Source of the DNA: an uncultured Clostridia bacterium
GTDB lineage: Bacteria; Bacillota; Clostridia; Oscillospirales; Ruminococcaceae
Direction of reading: 5' to 3'
Assembly (NCBI GenBank): GCA_937899435.1
Contig: CALBQG010000027.1
Location: 4,139 to 68,138 of the forward strand
Length of the DNA stretch: 64,000 nt
Below are positions 57,951 through 64,000 of the stretch, one piece after another. A program made the translations under genes and the position numbers. Numbering within the stretch: position 1 is the stretch's first letter; each line of letters opens with the position of its first letter. The notes beneath the pieces were generated by a model, which worked only from the letters and a program-made list of their open reading frames with translations, was not told where the DNA came from and made no database searches.

Positions 57951-58388
57951 ATGAGAGAGTTTGTAATCCCTATCAAAGTACATGACGCGGAGCTTCCCGT
58001 CCCTGAACACAAGTCGTGGGGCGACTGGGTTGACCTGCGAGCTGCCGAGACAGTTGAGATGAAGCAGGGCGAGTTCCGTATCATTTCACTCGGCGTAAGC
58101 ATGAGACTCCCGAACGGCTACGAGGCTAACGTCGTTCCGAGAAGCTCGACCTTCAAGAACTTCGGAGTTCTGATGGCAAATAGTTTCGGAGTAATTGACA
58201 ACAACTACTGCGGCAATGACGATGTGTGGGGCTTCCCTGCGATTGCGATGAGAGACACCGTAATCAATAAGGGCGACCGTATCGCACAGTTCCGTATCGT
58301 ACAACGTCAGCCGAAGCTGGTTTTCGCGAAGGTCGATGACCTGAACAGCAAAAACAGAGGCGGTTTCGGTTCTACCGGCATTAAGTGA
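57951..58388 (+). CDS. dut: dUTP diphosphatase
   Basis: GVIDNNYCG, DRIAQ and a C-terminal RGGFGSTG. The ATG at 57951 follows GAGGAGG. The tracked ORF begins upstream at 57738. Confidence 0.88.
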   Translation: MREFVIPIKVHDAELPVPEHKSWGDWVDLRAAETVEMKQGEFRIISLGVSMRLPNGYEANVVPRSSTFKNFGVLMANSFGVIDNNYCGNDDVWGFPAIAMRDTVINKGDRIAQFRIVQRQPKLVFAKVDDLNSKNRGGFGSTGIK

Positions 58389-58399
58389 GGAGGACGAAC

Positions 58400-58687
58400 G
58401 TGAACGAAATCAAACGAGTACCCGAAAAAGTCAGCGGTGTGAAGGACGGCGTACAGCTCGATGCCAAATGCGTCCACACACGGTTCTTCAAGGACAGGAT
58501 GAAGCAAACGACCGCGCCATGCACTTTGATGGCAAGCTGGGAAAACGGTGTTCTGTCAATCAACTTCACAGTCGAAGGAAAGCGTCAGTCGGTCGGTGTA
58601 AGGCTTGATGAAACGATTATGCTCTTGCAGGAGGCAAACGCCGCCAGAATTGAAGCCGAGGAGCGCGGCAAGGTTGCGGAACAGTAA
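58400..58687 (+). CDS. Hypothetical protein in the antitoxin position upstream of mazF
   Basis: The GTG at 58400 follows GAGGAGG. There is no recognisable AbrB/MazE fold. At most, a weak beta-strand/helix (RHH-like) segment KRQSVGVRLDETIMLLQEANAA lies at the C-terminus. Confidence 0.45.
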   Translation: MNEIKRVPEKVSGVKDGVQLDAKCVHTRFFKDRMKQTTAPCTLMASWENGVLSINFTVEGKRQSVGVRLDETIMLLQEANAARIEAEERGKVAEQ

Positions 58688-59036
58688 TCTCCAACCGCGA
58701 CGGGGCGATATTTTCTTCGCTGACCTCAGCGATGCCGGAAACGGCTCCAAGAGAGGGTATCGTCCCGTCATAATCCTCCAGAACAACAAGGGCAACGCGA
58801 ACAGCGGCAGCGTAATCGTTGCGACCATCACAAGCGTCACAAAAAGACCGCTCCCCACACACGTCCGGCTCGGACAACAGCACGGCTTGAAAAAGCCCAG
58901 CACGGCGGTCTTGGAGGACATCCTTACAATCGACAAAAGGTATCTGTCGAACTATCTCGGAACGGTAATCAATACCGATGCCGAGAAGCAGCTCGATAAG
59001 GCGATATGCGTAAGTTTAGGTCTCAGAACACCATAA
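58674..59036 (+). CDS. mazF: MazF/PemK family endoribonuclease toxin
   Basis: RRGDIFFADLS ... GYRPVIILQNN.GN ... VIVATITS ... LPTHV ... VLEDILTIDK is collinear with B. subtilis MazF (NdoA). A TTG start at 58674 is proposed. The tracked ORF begins at 58605. Confidence 0.8.
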   Translation: MRNSNLQPRRGDIFFADLSDAGNGSKRGYRPVIILQNNKGNANSGSVIVATITSVTKRPLPTHVRLGQQHGLKKPSTAVLEDILTIDKRYLSNYLGTVINTDAEKQLDKAICVSLGLRTP

Positions 59037-59134
59037 ACAAAGGACAGCCGTCCTCGCTCTATACGAAGGCGGCTGTCGGCATGAACATAAATCATTCTCT
59101 ATAAGCCAGAGAAGTCAGGACGGAGGGAAAGAAC

Positions 59135-59701
59135 ATGGCTAAAAGCGAAAACTCAGAGAGCGCGACCATAACGGGCGCACAACTCAAAAAAATCACAGAG
59201 ACGGCTTCTCTGGTAGCGATAGAAGCGTATCGGAAAGAAGTCGAGAGGGAGAGAGTGGAGAACCGCGACAAGCGGCTCTACAATACCCGGCTCCTTATGG
59301 AAAAGTATCGCGGCATGGTGAAATACGCCGAAGATGCCGTATATGAGGCGCGTCAGCTCGACGATGATTTTGAACTGCAAGCACTCGTCGAAATGATGAG
59401 TACGGGCAAAGACAGCTATTCACTGTCAGTCGAGTCTATTCAGGAGCGTGTAGGCAAGGTCAGAGTCATCCTCGACCACGTTACGAAAATGTTGGACTTC
59501 TACCATCATCGCTGCGAAATGTCCGGCAAACAGGAAATCATGCGGAAGTGGGACACAATCCGCTATCTGTACCTCGACGAGGATGAAAAGACCGTACAAG
59601 ACCTCGCGGAGATGTACTATGTGGACGAGCGGACTGTCTACAGGTACAATCGCGCCGCGTTGCAGGACCTCAGCGCGTTGTTCTTCGGTTGGGTAGATTA
59701 A
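59135..59701 (+). CDS. Putative phage late-gene transcriptional regulator (sigma-70 region-4-like HTH, ArpU/RinA-like position)
   Basis: C-terminal TVQDLAEMYYVDERTVYRYNRAALQDL resembles a region 4.2 HTH. It sits at the early/late boundary. Confidence 0.4.
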   Translation: MAKSENSESATITGAQLKKITETASLVAIEAYRKEVERERVENRDKRLYNTRLLMEKYRGMVKYAEDAVYEARQLDDDFELQALVEMMSTGKDSYSLSVESIQERVGKVRVILDHVTKMLDFYHHRCEMSGKQEIMRKWDTIRYLYLDEDEKTVQDLAEMYYVDERTVYRYNRAALQDLSALFFGWVD

Positions 59702-59743
59702 AGCCCTGAAAGGCGATGGGAGACCACCGCCTTTCTCTATGCC

Positions 59744-60487
59744 TCAGATGAGCTTCGGGCAGTCTGCCTTGACCGGACACTGTTCGCAGTCCGGCGAGAG
59801 CGGATGACAATATTCTCTGCCTATCCTCCAGCAAGCGGCATCAATAATACCCGGAAACTCAGGATTCAGCTCCCGCGCTTTATAGATGATTTCATCCCGC
59901 GACGCTCCTCCCTCGACCAGCCCCGTCCTCTGGAAGATGCGGAATACATGAACGTCAGGAGATACGTCTATCGAGTAGTAGTCGGAGAACGGTACGCCAA
60001 ACTGACGCGAAAGTATGTTCGCCGCCATATTCGCAATCTTCACTCCAACCCCGTCAAACTCAAGGAAACGAAATACGACGGCTGCGCTGCTCGGACTGTT
60101 AGCCCAAATTCGAGAAGCGTCGCCGTCGTACTTGTTCTTTATGCGAAGAACTGCCTTGTAGAAAATCTCAGCCATCGTGTCGTTGTATCGGTGAAGTGTC
60201 TGCTCGGTGAATATTCGCCTGTATTCCTCTAAAGGAACCGATGCCAGCTCGTCAATCGAGAACTCTCTGTAGAGGTTCCGGATGACGCAGGGGATTCGCC
60301 ATGCCCTGTCGGATGCTATCTGCCTGTCCATACAACACGCGAGGACGAAGGCGTGTGGATAGTTGTCAAGGTCGGTGAGAAGCGCGTTCTCGGCGGTGTT
60401 TTCGAGGAAGCGAACCTCAGATATGGAAAGCTCCTCGTTGACTTTGCGGCTGTATTCGACCAGCCAATGTGCGGTTTTCATTTTCAA
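59744..60487 (-). CDS. Endonuclease III-like HhH-GPD superfamily protein with a 4Fe-4S cluster loop
   Basis: HhH element FDGVGVKIANMAANIL, catalytic-Asp context SPDVHVFRIFQRTGL, and an exact C-X6-C-X2-C-X5-C motif (CHPLSPDCEQCPVKADC). It is on the opposite strand to all neighbouring phage genes. Confidence 0.75.
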   Translation of the reverse strand: MKMKTAHWLVEYSRKVNEELSISEVRFLENTAENALLTDLDNYPHAFVLACCMDRQIASDRAWRIPCVIRNLYREFSIDELASVPLEEYRRIFTEQTLHRYNDTMAEIFYKAVLRIKNKYDGDASRIWANSPSSAAVVFRFLEFDGVGVKIANMAANILSRQFGVPFSDYYSIDVSPDVHVFRIFQRTGLVEGGASRDEIIYKARELNPEFPGIIDAACWRIGREYCHPLSPDCEQCPVKADCPKLI

Positions 60488-60528
60488 AAACTCCTTTTTG
60501 CTATAGATTTGCCTTATAATTATACCAG

Positions 60529-60537
60529 AAATCAGGT
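60529..60537 (-). promoter_or_regulatory. Extended -10 (TGgTATAAT) promoter element for the glycosylase-like gene
   Basis: On the minus strand, TGGTATAAT lies about 40 nt upstream of the ATG, with AAGGAG as RBS. The -35 is weak. Confidence 0.45.
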
Positions 60538-60604
60538 TACGAGTGTGAAATCTTACACTATTGATAAAAAGTCGCGAAAAATTACCGCTGTCAAAAATCT
60601 GTCA

Positions 60605-60634
60605 TTGACTTGTCAATATGGGCTGTGGTATAAT
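60605..60634 (+). promoter_or_regulatory. Promoter upstream of the ParB-like/DpdA-like operon
   Basis: TTGACT, an 18-nt spacer, then TATAAT with a TGn extension. Confidence 0.55.
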
Positions 60635-60660
60635 GTATGCTGAAAATATTATGTAGGCGC

Positions 60661-60695
60661 GGAGACGGATTTTTTGTCCGTCTCTTTTCTTTTTG
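60661..60695 (+). terminator. Intrinsic terminator located within the leader, about 25 nt downstream of the promoter
   Basis: Stem ggagacgga / tccgtctc(t), a 7-nt loop, then ttttctttttg. The U-run is present only in the plus orientation. Confidence 0.65.
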
Positions 60696-60754
60696 CCTCG
60701 ATATTACCGTTTCGCAAGAACGTGGTGAGAATAATCATAACAGAAAGGCGTGAA

Positions 60755-61234
60755 ATGATGGAAATTATCGCAATGCCAATCGGCGACATCGTTGCGTACA
60801 AGAACAATCCTCGTATCAACGACAAGGCGGTCGAGCCTGTAGCCGAGAGCATCAAGGAGTTCGGGTTCAAGGTTCCCATCCTGCTCGACAAAGACAACGT
60901 AATCATCGCCGGACACACGAGGCTGAAAGCCGCAAAGCAGCTTGGTATGAAGGAAGTCCCCTGCATCCGCTGCGAGGACCTGACCCCTGAACAGGTCAAG
61001 GCGTTCCGGCTCGCCGACAATAAGGTCGCGGAGTTCGCGGACTGGGACCTTGCAGCCCTGAACATCGAACTTGGCGACATACAGATGGACATGGAAAAGT
61101 TCGGTTTCTTCGAGCTTCCTGAAATCGACATTGACGACTACCTGAAAGATAAACAGGATAAGCCCGCCGATGAGGAAAAGGAACCGGAACGCATCCAGTG
61201 TCCACATTGCGGCGAATGGTTTGATTTGCCATGA
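60755..61234 (+). CDS. ParB N-terminal (ParB/Srx-like nuclease) domain protein with a C-terminal zinc ribbon
   Basis: DIVAYKNNPR ... VPILLDKDNVIIAGHTRLKAA ... the ParB-box pattern, and a C-terminal CPHCGEW. The ATG at 60755 was chosen, and the stop overlaps the next ATG (ATGA). Confidence 0.75.
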   Translation: MMEIIAMPIGDIVAYKNNPRINDKAVEPVAESIKEFGFKVPILLDKDNVIIAGHTRLKAAKQLGMKEVPCIRCEDLTPEQVKAFRLADNKVAEFADWDLAALNIELGDIQMDMEKFGFFELPEIDIDDYLKDKQDKPADEEKEPERIQCPHCGEWFDLP

Positions 61235-61986
61235 GGCTCTACCTCGCCGGAGTAGAACAGCGGACCGAGCAGTTCAAGGAGGCAAAACCTCCTTACATTC
61301 TGTTTTCCTTCGCAGCCTGTCAGGGAGGCGGCAAGAAGCAGGAAAAGATTATGGACTGCGTGAGAAGTCCGTGGTGTAAAGACTTCCTCTGCGACAGCGG
61401 AGCGTTCACCTTCTTCTCGAAGGGACACTCAAAAACGCTGGAGGAGTGGGACAGATACGTCGATGAGTATATCGACTTCATCAACACCTACGACGTTCAT
61501 CACTTCTTCGAGCTTGACATCGACCGGATAGTCGGGCTGGAGAAGGTCGAGGAGTTTCGCAGGAAAATCGAAAAGCGCACAGGAAAGCAAAGCATCCCAG
61601 TCTGGCACAGCAACCGAGGCTGGGCGTACTTTGAACGGATGTGCGCCGAATACAGCTACGTCTCTATCGGCGGTATCGCGAAGAACCCGAACGGCAAGGC
61701 GATTGAGAAAATCTTCCCGTGGTTCATCGAACACGCCCACAAGACCGGAACACAGATACACGGTCTGGGCTACACCGATACGAAGAAGCTGAAATTATAT
61801 CCGTTCGACTCCGTTGACTCCACCTCGTGGAGCAGCGGTTCTCGATATGGCGTGTCCTTCGAGTACAAGGGTCATGCGATGTGCGGAAAGAAGAACATCT
61901 ACCCCGACAAACGAATCGACGGACAGATGCTCGACATCCACAACCTGAAAGTATGGACTCAGTACGCGAAGTCACTCGACCACTAA
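61231..61986 (+). CDS. dpdA: DpdA-like TGT-superfamily transglycosylase (candidate DNA 7-deazaguanine inserting enzyme)
   Basis: Three TGT-family signature contexts in order: LCDSGAFTF (compare DSGGFQ), YVSIGGIA (compare AIGGL) and PFDSVDSTSW (compare FDCV / archaeal FDSASY). No C-terminal zinc motif. It is clustered with queC, a queF-like gene and yhhQ. Confidence 0.65.
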   Translation: MRLYLAGVEQRTEQFKEAKPPYILFSFAACQGGGKKQEKIMDCVRSPWCKDFLCDSGAFTFFSKGHSKTLEEWDRYVDEYIDFINTYDVHHFFELDIDRIVGLEKVEEFRRKIEKRTGKQSIPVWHSNRGWAYFERMCAEYSYVSIGGIAKNPNGKAIEKIFPWFIEHAHKTGTQIHGLGYTDTKKLKLYPFDSVDSTSWSSGSRYGVSFEYKGHAMCGKKNIYPDKRIDGQMLDIHNLKVWTQYAKSLDH

Positions 61987-62011
61987 AACGCACGAAAGGA
62001 GGAGAAAACCT

Positions 62012-62323
62012 ATGAGAACCTACTCCAATGATAAGGGCATCAGCCGAATGAAGTTCACTGCGCCCGCCACGGTGTTCTGCCCACTCGGACCGAACTACTA
62101 CAGGGCGATGGTGACTTGCGAGCTGGAGCTTGGCGAGAGAATCGTTGACTTCCTCGACCTTGAAGCCTATTTCAAAAGAGACCTCAATGGGAAGGAGCTT
62201 ACTACCGAGAACCTTTGTAACGAAGTGTTCCAAACGCTGAAAAACGTTTACGAGCCGAAACACATCAGGGTCACGGTAATGAGCGACAGCCATTTCCCGA
62301 TTGAGACAATCAAAGAAGCCTGA
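62012..62323 (+). CDS. QueF-like T-fold protein (single domain, divergent motif)
   Basis: Collinear with B. subtilis QueF around the catalytic Cys: VFCPLG vs SLCPKTG; IVDFLDLEAYFKR vs MVESKSLKLYLFSFR; ENLCNEVF vs EDCMNII; EPKHIRV vs DPRYIEV. The QPD and E-S-K-S-L-K residues are not conserved. Confidence 0.55.
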   Translation: MRTYSNDKGISRMKFTAPATVFCPLGPNYYRAMVTCELELGERIVDFLDLEAYFKRDLNGKELTTENLCNEVFQTLKNVYEPKHIRVTVMSDSHFPIETIKEA

Positions 62324-62353
62324 GAAAACCTCTTGAAAGGAGAAAACCTCACT

Positions 62354-63061
62354 ATGGAAAACAAAACCGCAGTCGTACTTCTCAGCGGAGGTATCGACAG
62401 CACGACCTGCCTTGCGTTGGCGGTTGACGAGTATGGCACAAACAATGTCGTCGCCCTCAATATGCTTTATGGGCAGAAACACGATAAGGAAATCGAGAGC
62501 GCAAAGGCGGTAGCCGCGTACTACGGTATTCCTTACTACGAGATGGACATGAGCTGTGTCATGGCATACAGCGACTGCCCGCTTCTAAAACATAGCCACA
62601 AAGAAATCAAGCACATGAGCTACGGCGAACAGCTCAAAGAACTCGGCGGCGAAGGGACTGTTGACACATACGTTCCTTTCCGCAACGGACTTTTCCTCTC
62701 TGCCGCCACCGCGTTTGCAATCAGCATGAACGCCCACTACGTCTATTATGGCGCACACGCCGACGACGCGGCTGGTCACGCCTATCCCGACTGCTCTATG
62801 GCATTCGCGGACTACATGAACAAAGCCATCAAGGAAGGCTCTGGCGGCACGGTGCAGCTCAAAGCACCGCTCATTGACCTGTCCAAGTCTGGCGTAGTGA
62901 GGCTGGGGCTTCAGTTGAAAGCTCCGTATCACCTCACATGGTCCTGCTACGAGGGCGGCGATAAGCCCTGCGGAAAATGCGGAACCTGCATTGACCGTGC
63001 AAAGGCGTTTGCCGCGAACGGAGTAGACGACCCCGCCGAGAGGAGGGACGACAATGAATAA
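62354..63061 (+). CDS. queC: 7-cyano-7-deazaguanine (preQ0) synthase
   Basis: PP-loop VVLLSGGIDSTT and C-terminal zinc motif C..(x)..CGKCGTC. The ATG at 62354 follows AAAGGAGAA. Confidence 0.9.
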   Translation: MENKTAVVLLSGGIDSTTCLALAVDEYGTNNVVALNMLYGQKHDKEIESAKAVAAYYGIPYYEMDMSCVMAYSDCPLLKHSHKEIKHMSYGEQLKELGGEGTVDTYVPFRNGLFLSAATAFAISMNAHYVYYGAHADDAAGHAYPDCSMAFADYMNKAIKEGSGGTVQLKAPLIDLSKSGVVRLGLQLKAPYHLTWSCYEGGDKPCGKCGTCIDRAKAFAANGVDDPAERRDDNE

Positions 63062-63716
63062 AAGAACTCCCTTGAAAAACGAACGCTACAGTTTCGTGCA
63101 GGTGCTTCTGACGGTCATTTCAGTCTCCTGTCTGCTCATCGCGAACGTCATCACATCGAAACAGGTGCAGTTCCCGTTTGGAATTACCATGACGGGGGCT
63201 GTTTTCATTTTCCCTGTGACCTACATTCTCAGCGATGTGTTCTCTGAGGTGTACGGCTACCGCTGGAGTCGCATTACCTGCTACATCGGCTTCGCGATGA
63301 ACGCTGTCATGGCGATTATGTTCGAGCTGGTCATCGCTACCCCTGCCCCGTCCTACTGGGGGAATCAGGAGGCGTTCGCCACCGTACTCGGAAACGCACC
63401 GAGAGTGTTGATTGCGTCCCTCGCGGCGTTCGTCATCGGCGACCTTGCGAACGACCTCGTGTTCCAGAAGATGAAGGAGAAACACAAGGACGAGATTAAA
63501 GGCTTCGGATGGAGAGCAATCATCTCCAGCTTCTTCGGCGAACTTGCCGACAGCCTCATCTTCATCCCCATCGCCTTCTTGGGGCAGCTCCCGTTCGAGA
63601 AGCTGGTTCAGATGCTCGTCGTTCAGGTACTGCTGAAAACCGCATACGAACTCGTCATCCTGCCTGTCACAACGCTCGTCGTAAAAGCGGTTGACCGCTA
63701 CGAGCGAGGTGTGTGA
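63054..63716 (+). CDS. yhhQ: Queuosine precursor transporter (YhhQ/DUF165 family)
   Basis: Polytopic membrane protein with ANVITSKQV ... FIFPVTYILSDVFSEVYGY and the family-typical C-terminal half. Overlaps queC by 8 nt. Confidence 0.8.
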   Translation: MNKRTPLKNERYSFVQVLLTVISVSCLLIANVITSKQVQFPFGITMTGAVFIFPVTYILSDVFSEVYGYRWSRITCYIGFAMNAVMAIMFELVIATPAPSYWGNQEAFATVLGNAPRVLIASLAAFVIGDLANDLVFQKMKEKHKDEIKGFGWRAIISSFFGELADSLIFIPIAFLGQLPFEKLVQMLVVQVLLKTAYELVILPVTTLVVKAVDRYERGV

Positions 63717-63718
63717 GC

Positions 63719-63925
63719 ATGGAGATTTTGGGTATAGCCGGAACGCTGTTCATCATCGTGGCGTTCGCCATGAACGGAGAGAGGAAAATCAGAATATTCG
63801 ACCTGATAGGCGCACTGCTGTTCATAGCATACGGCATAACGATATGCTCATTCAGCACCGTGCTGCTGAACGCTGTGCTTGTTGTGGTTCAGGCGTACAA
63901 ACTTCTAAGGAGGAAGTCTGACTGA
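63719..63925 (+). CDS. Small hydrophobic membrane protein (two to three predicted TM segments)
   Basis: The 68-aa ORF starts immediately after the yhhQ stop (an alternative GTG at 63713 would overlap it). No motif recognised. Confidence 0.45.
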   Translation: MEILGIAGTLFIIVAFAMNGERKIRIFDLIGALLFIAYGITICSFSTVLLNAVLVVVQAYKLLRRKSD

Positions 63926-63971
63926 CATAGTACGGCGAGCCTCCTAATCTTGCATAAAGGAGGGAGGAGGA

Positions 63972-64000
63972 ATGGTAGCGAAAAAGCCCACACAAGACGA
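63972..64000 (+). CDS. Start of a further phage gene (truncated by the window end)
   Basis: ATG after GGAGGGAGGAGG. Only 9 codons are visible (MVAKKPTQD). Confidence 0.3.

Larger units (their letters stand above)
45577..64000. mobile_element. Prophage (left end near the queA 3' end; right end beyond the window)
   Basis: Contiguous phage modules: serine integrase, CI/Cro switch, recombination, replication, RusA/SSB/dUTPase, late regulator and DNA-modification genes. The left boundary is approximate and no att repeat can be verified. Confidence 0.85.

Noticed and set aside
59043-59077. An 8-bp hairpin (gacagccg / cggctgtc) between mazF and the late regulator gene.
   Set aside because: It has a large 19-nt loop and no U-run, so it is not a convincing terminator. 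No repeat of it occurs elsewhere in the window.
60635-60754. Possible preQ1 riboswitch in the leader of the queuosine-related phage operon.
   Set aside because: I could not find the preQ1-I features (short P1 stem with a C-containing loop followed by an A-rich AAAAAACUA-type tail) or any larger preQ1-II/III-like pseudoknot. The hairpin looks like a plain terminator. A covariance-model scan would be needed to be certain.
1-64000. Looked for tRNA, rRNA, tmRNA, CRISPR repeats, IS elements and long direct or inverted repeats marking prophage ends.
   Set aside because: No cloverleaf-like or rRNA-like segments were found in any intergenic region. All intergenic regions are under 400 nt and are accounted for. 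There are no regularly spaced repeats. The right prophage end is outside the window, so att repeats cannot be paired.

Overview
The window is from a moderately GC-rich, endospore-forming Clostridia-type Firmicute chromosome. Positions 1 to about 45.5 kb are conserved core genome. In order they contain: gpsA (partial), spoIVB-spo0A, a MarR regulator with a two-gene ABC exporter, an AraC regulator with a sugar-phosphate isomerase/oxidoreductase pair, spoIID, citrate synthase, a lysine-riboswitch-controlled amino-acid ABC importer, a second Spo0A-like gene, a Crp/Fnr-ferredoxin-hcp unit, ytvI, an ACT-hom-thrB-ask operon, rplS-lepB-rbgA-rnhB-yraN, a dipeptidase, thrC, tig-clpP-clpX-lon-engB, hslO, a secreted SGNH hydrolase, acpP, dapA-asd and queA. 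From about 45.6 kb to the window end lies a prophage whose right end is not in the window. It carries a large serine recombinase next to the queA 3' end and a divergent CI/Cro-type switch. It also carries an exonuclease/Gp157-like/Bet recombination module, a DUF1376 replication protein with a DnaC-like loader, NinB-like, HNH, RusA, SSB and dUTPase genes, a MazF toxin and a late regulator. The most unusual part is the last 4 kb. An antisense, separately promoted EndoIII-like Fe-S glycosylase gene is followed by a promoter with an immediate terminator. After that comes a translationally coupled ParB-like/DpdA-like/QueF-like/QueC/YhhQ cluster, a probable 7-deazaguanine DNA-modification module. 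Other points of interest are a circularly permuted amino-acid-binding lipoprotein, an untracked 47-aa Asn/Gln-rich ORF with a sigma-G-like promoter, a Spo0A paralogue with Asn at the phospho-acceptor position, an in-frame TAG splitting a small HNH-like gene, and candidate origin iterons. I saw no rRNA, tRNA or CRISPR array. All calls rest on reading the translations and DNA by eye; no database search was possible.
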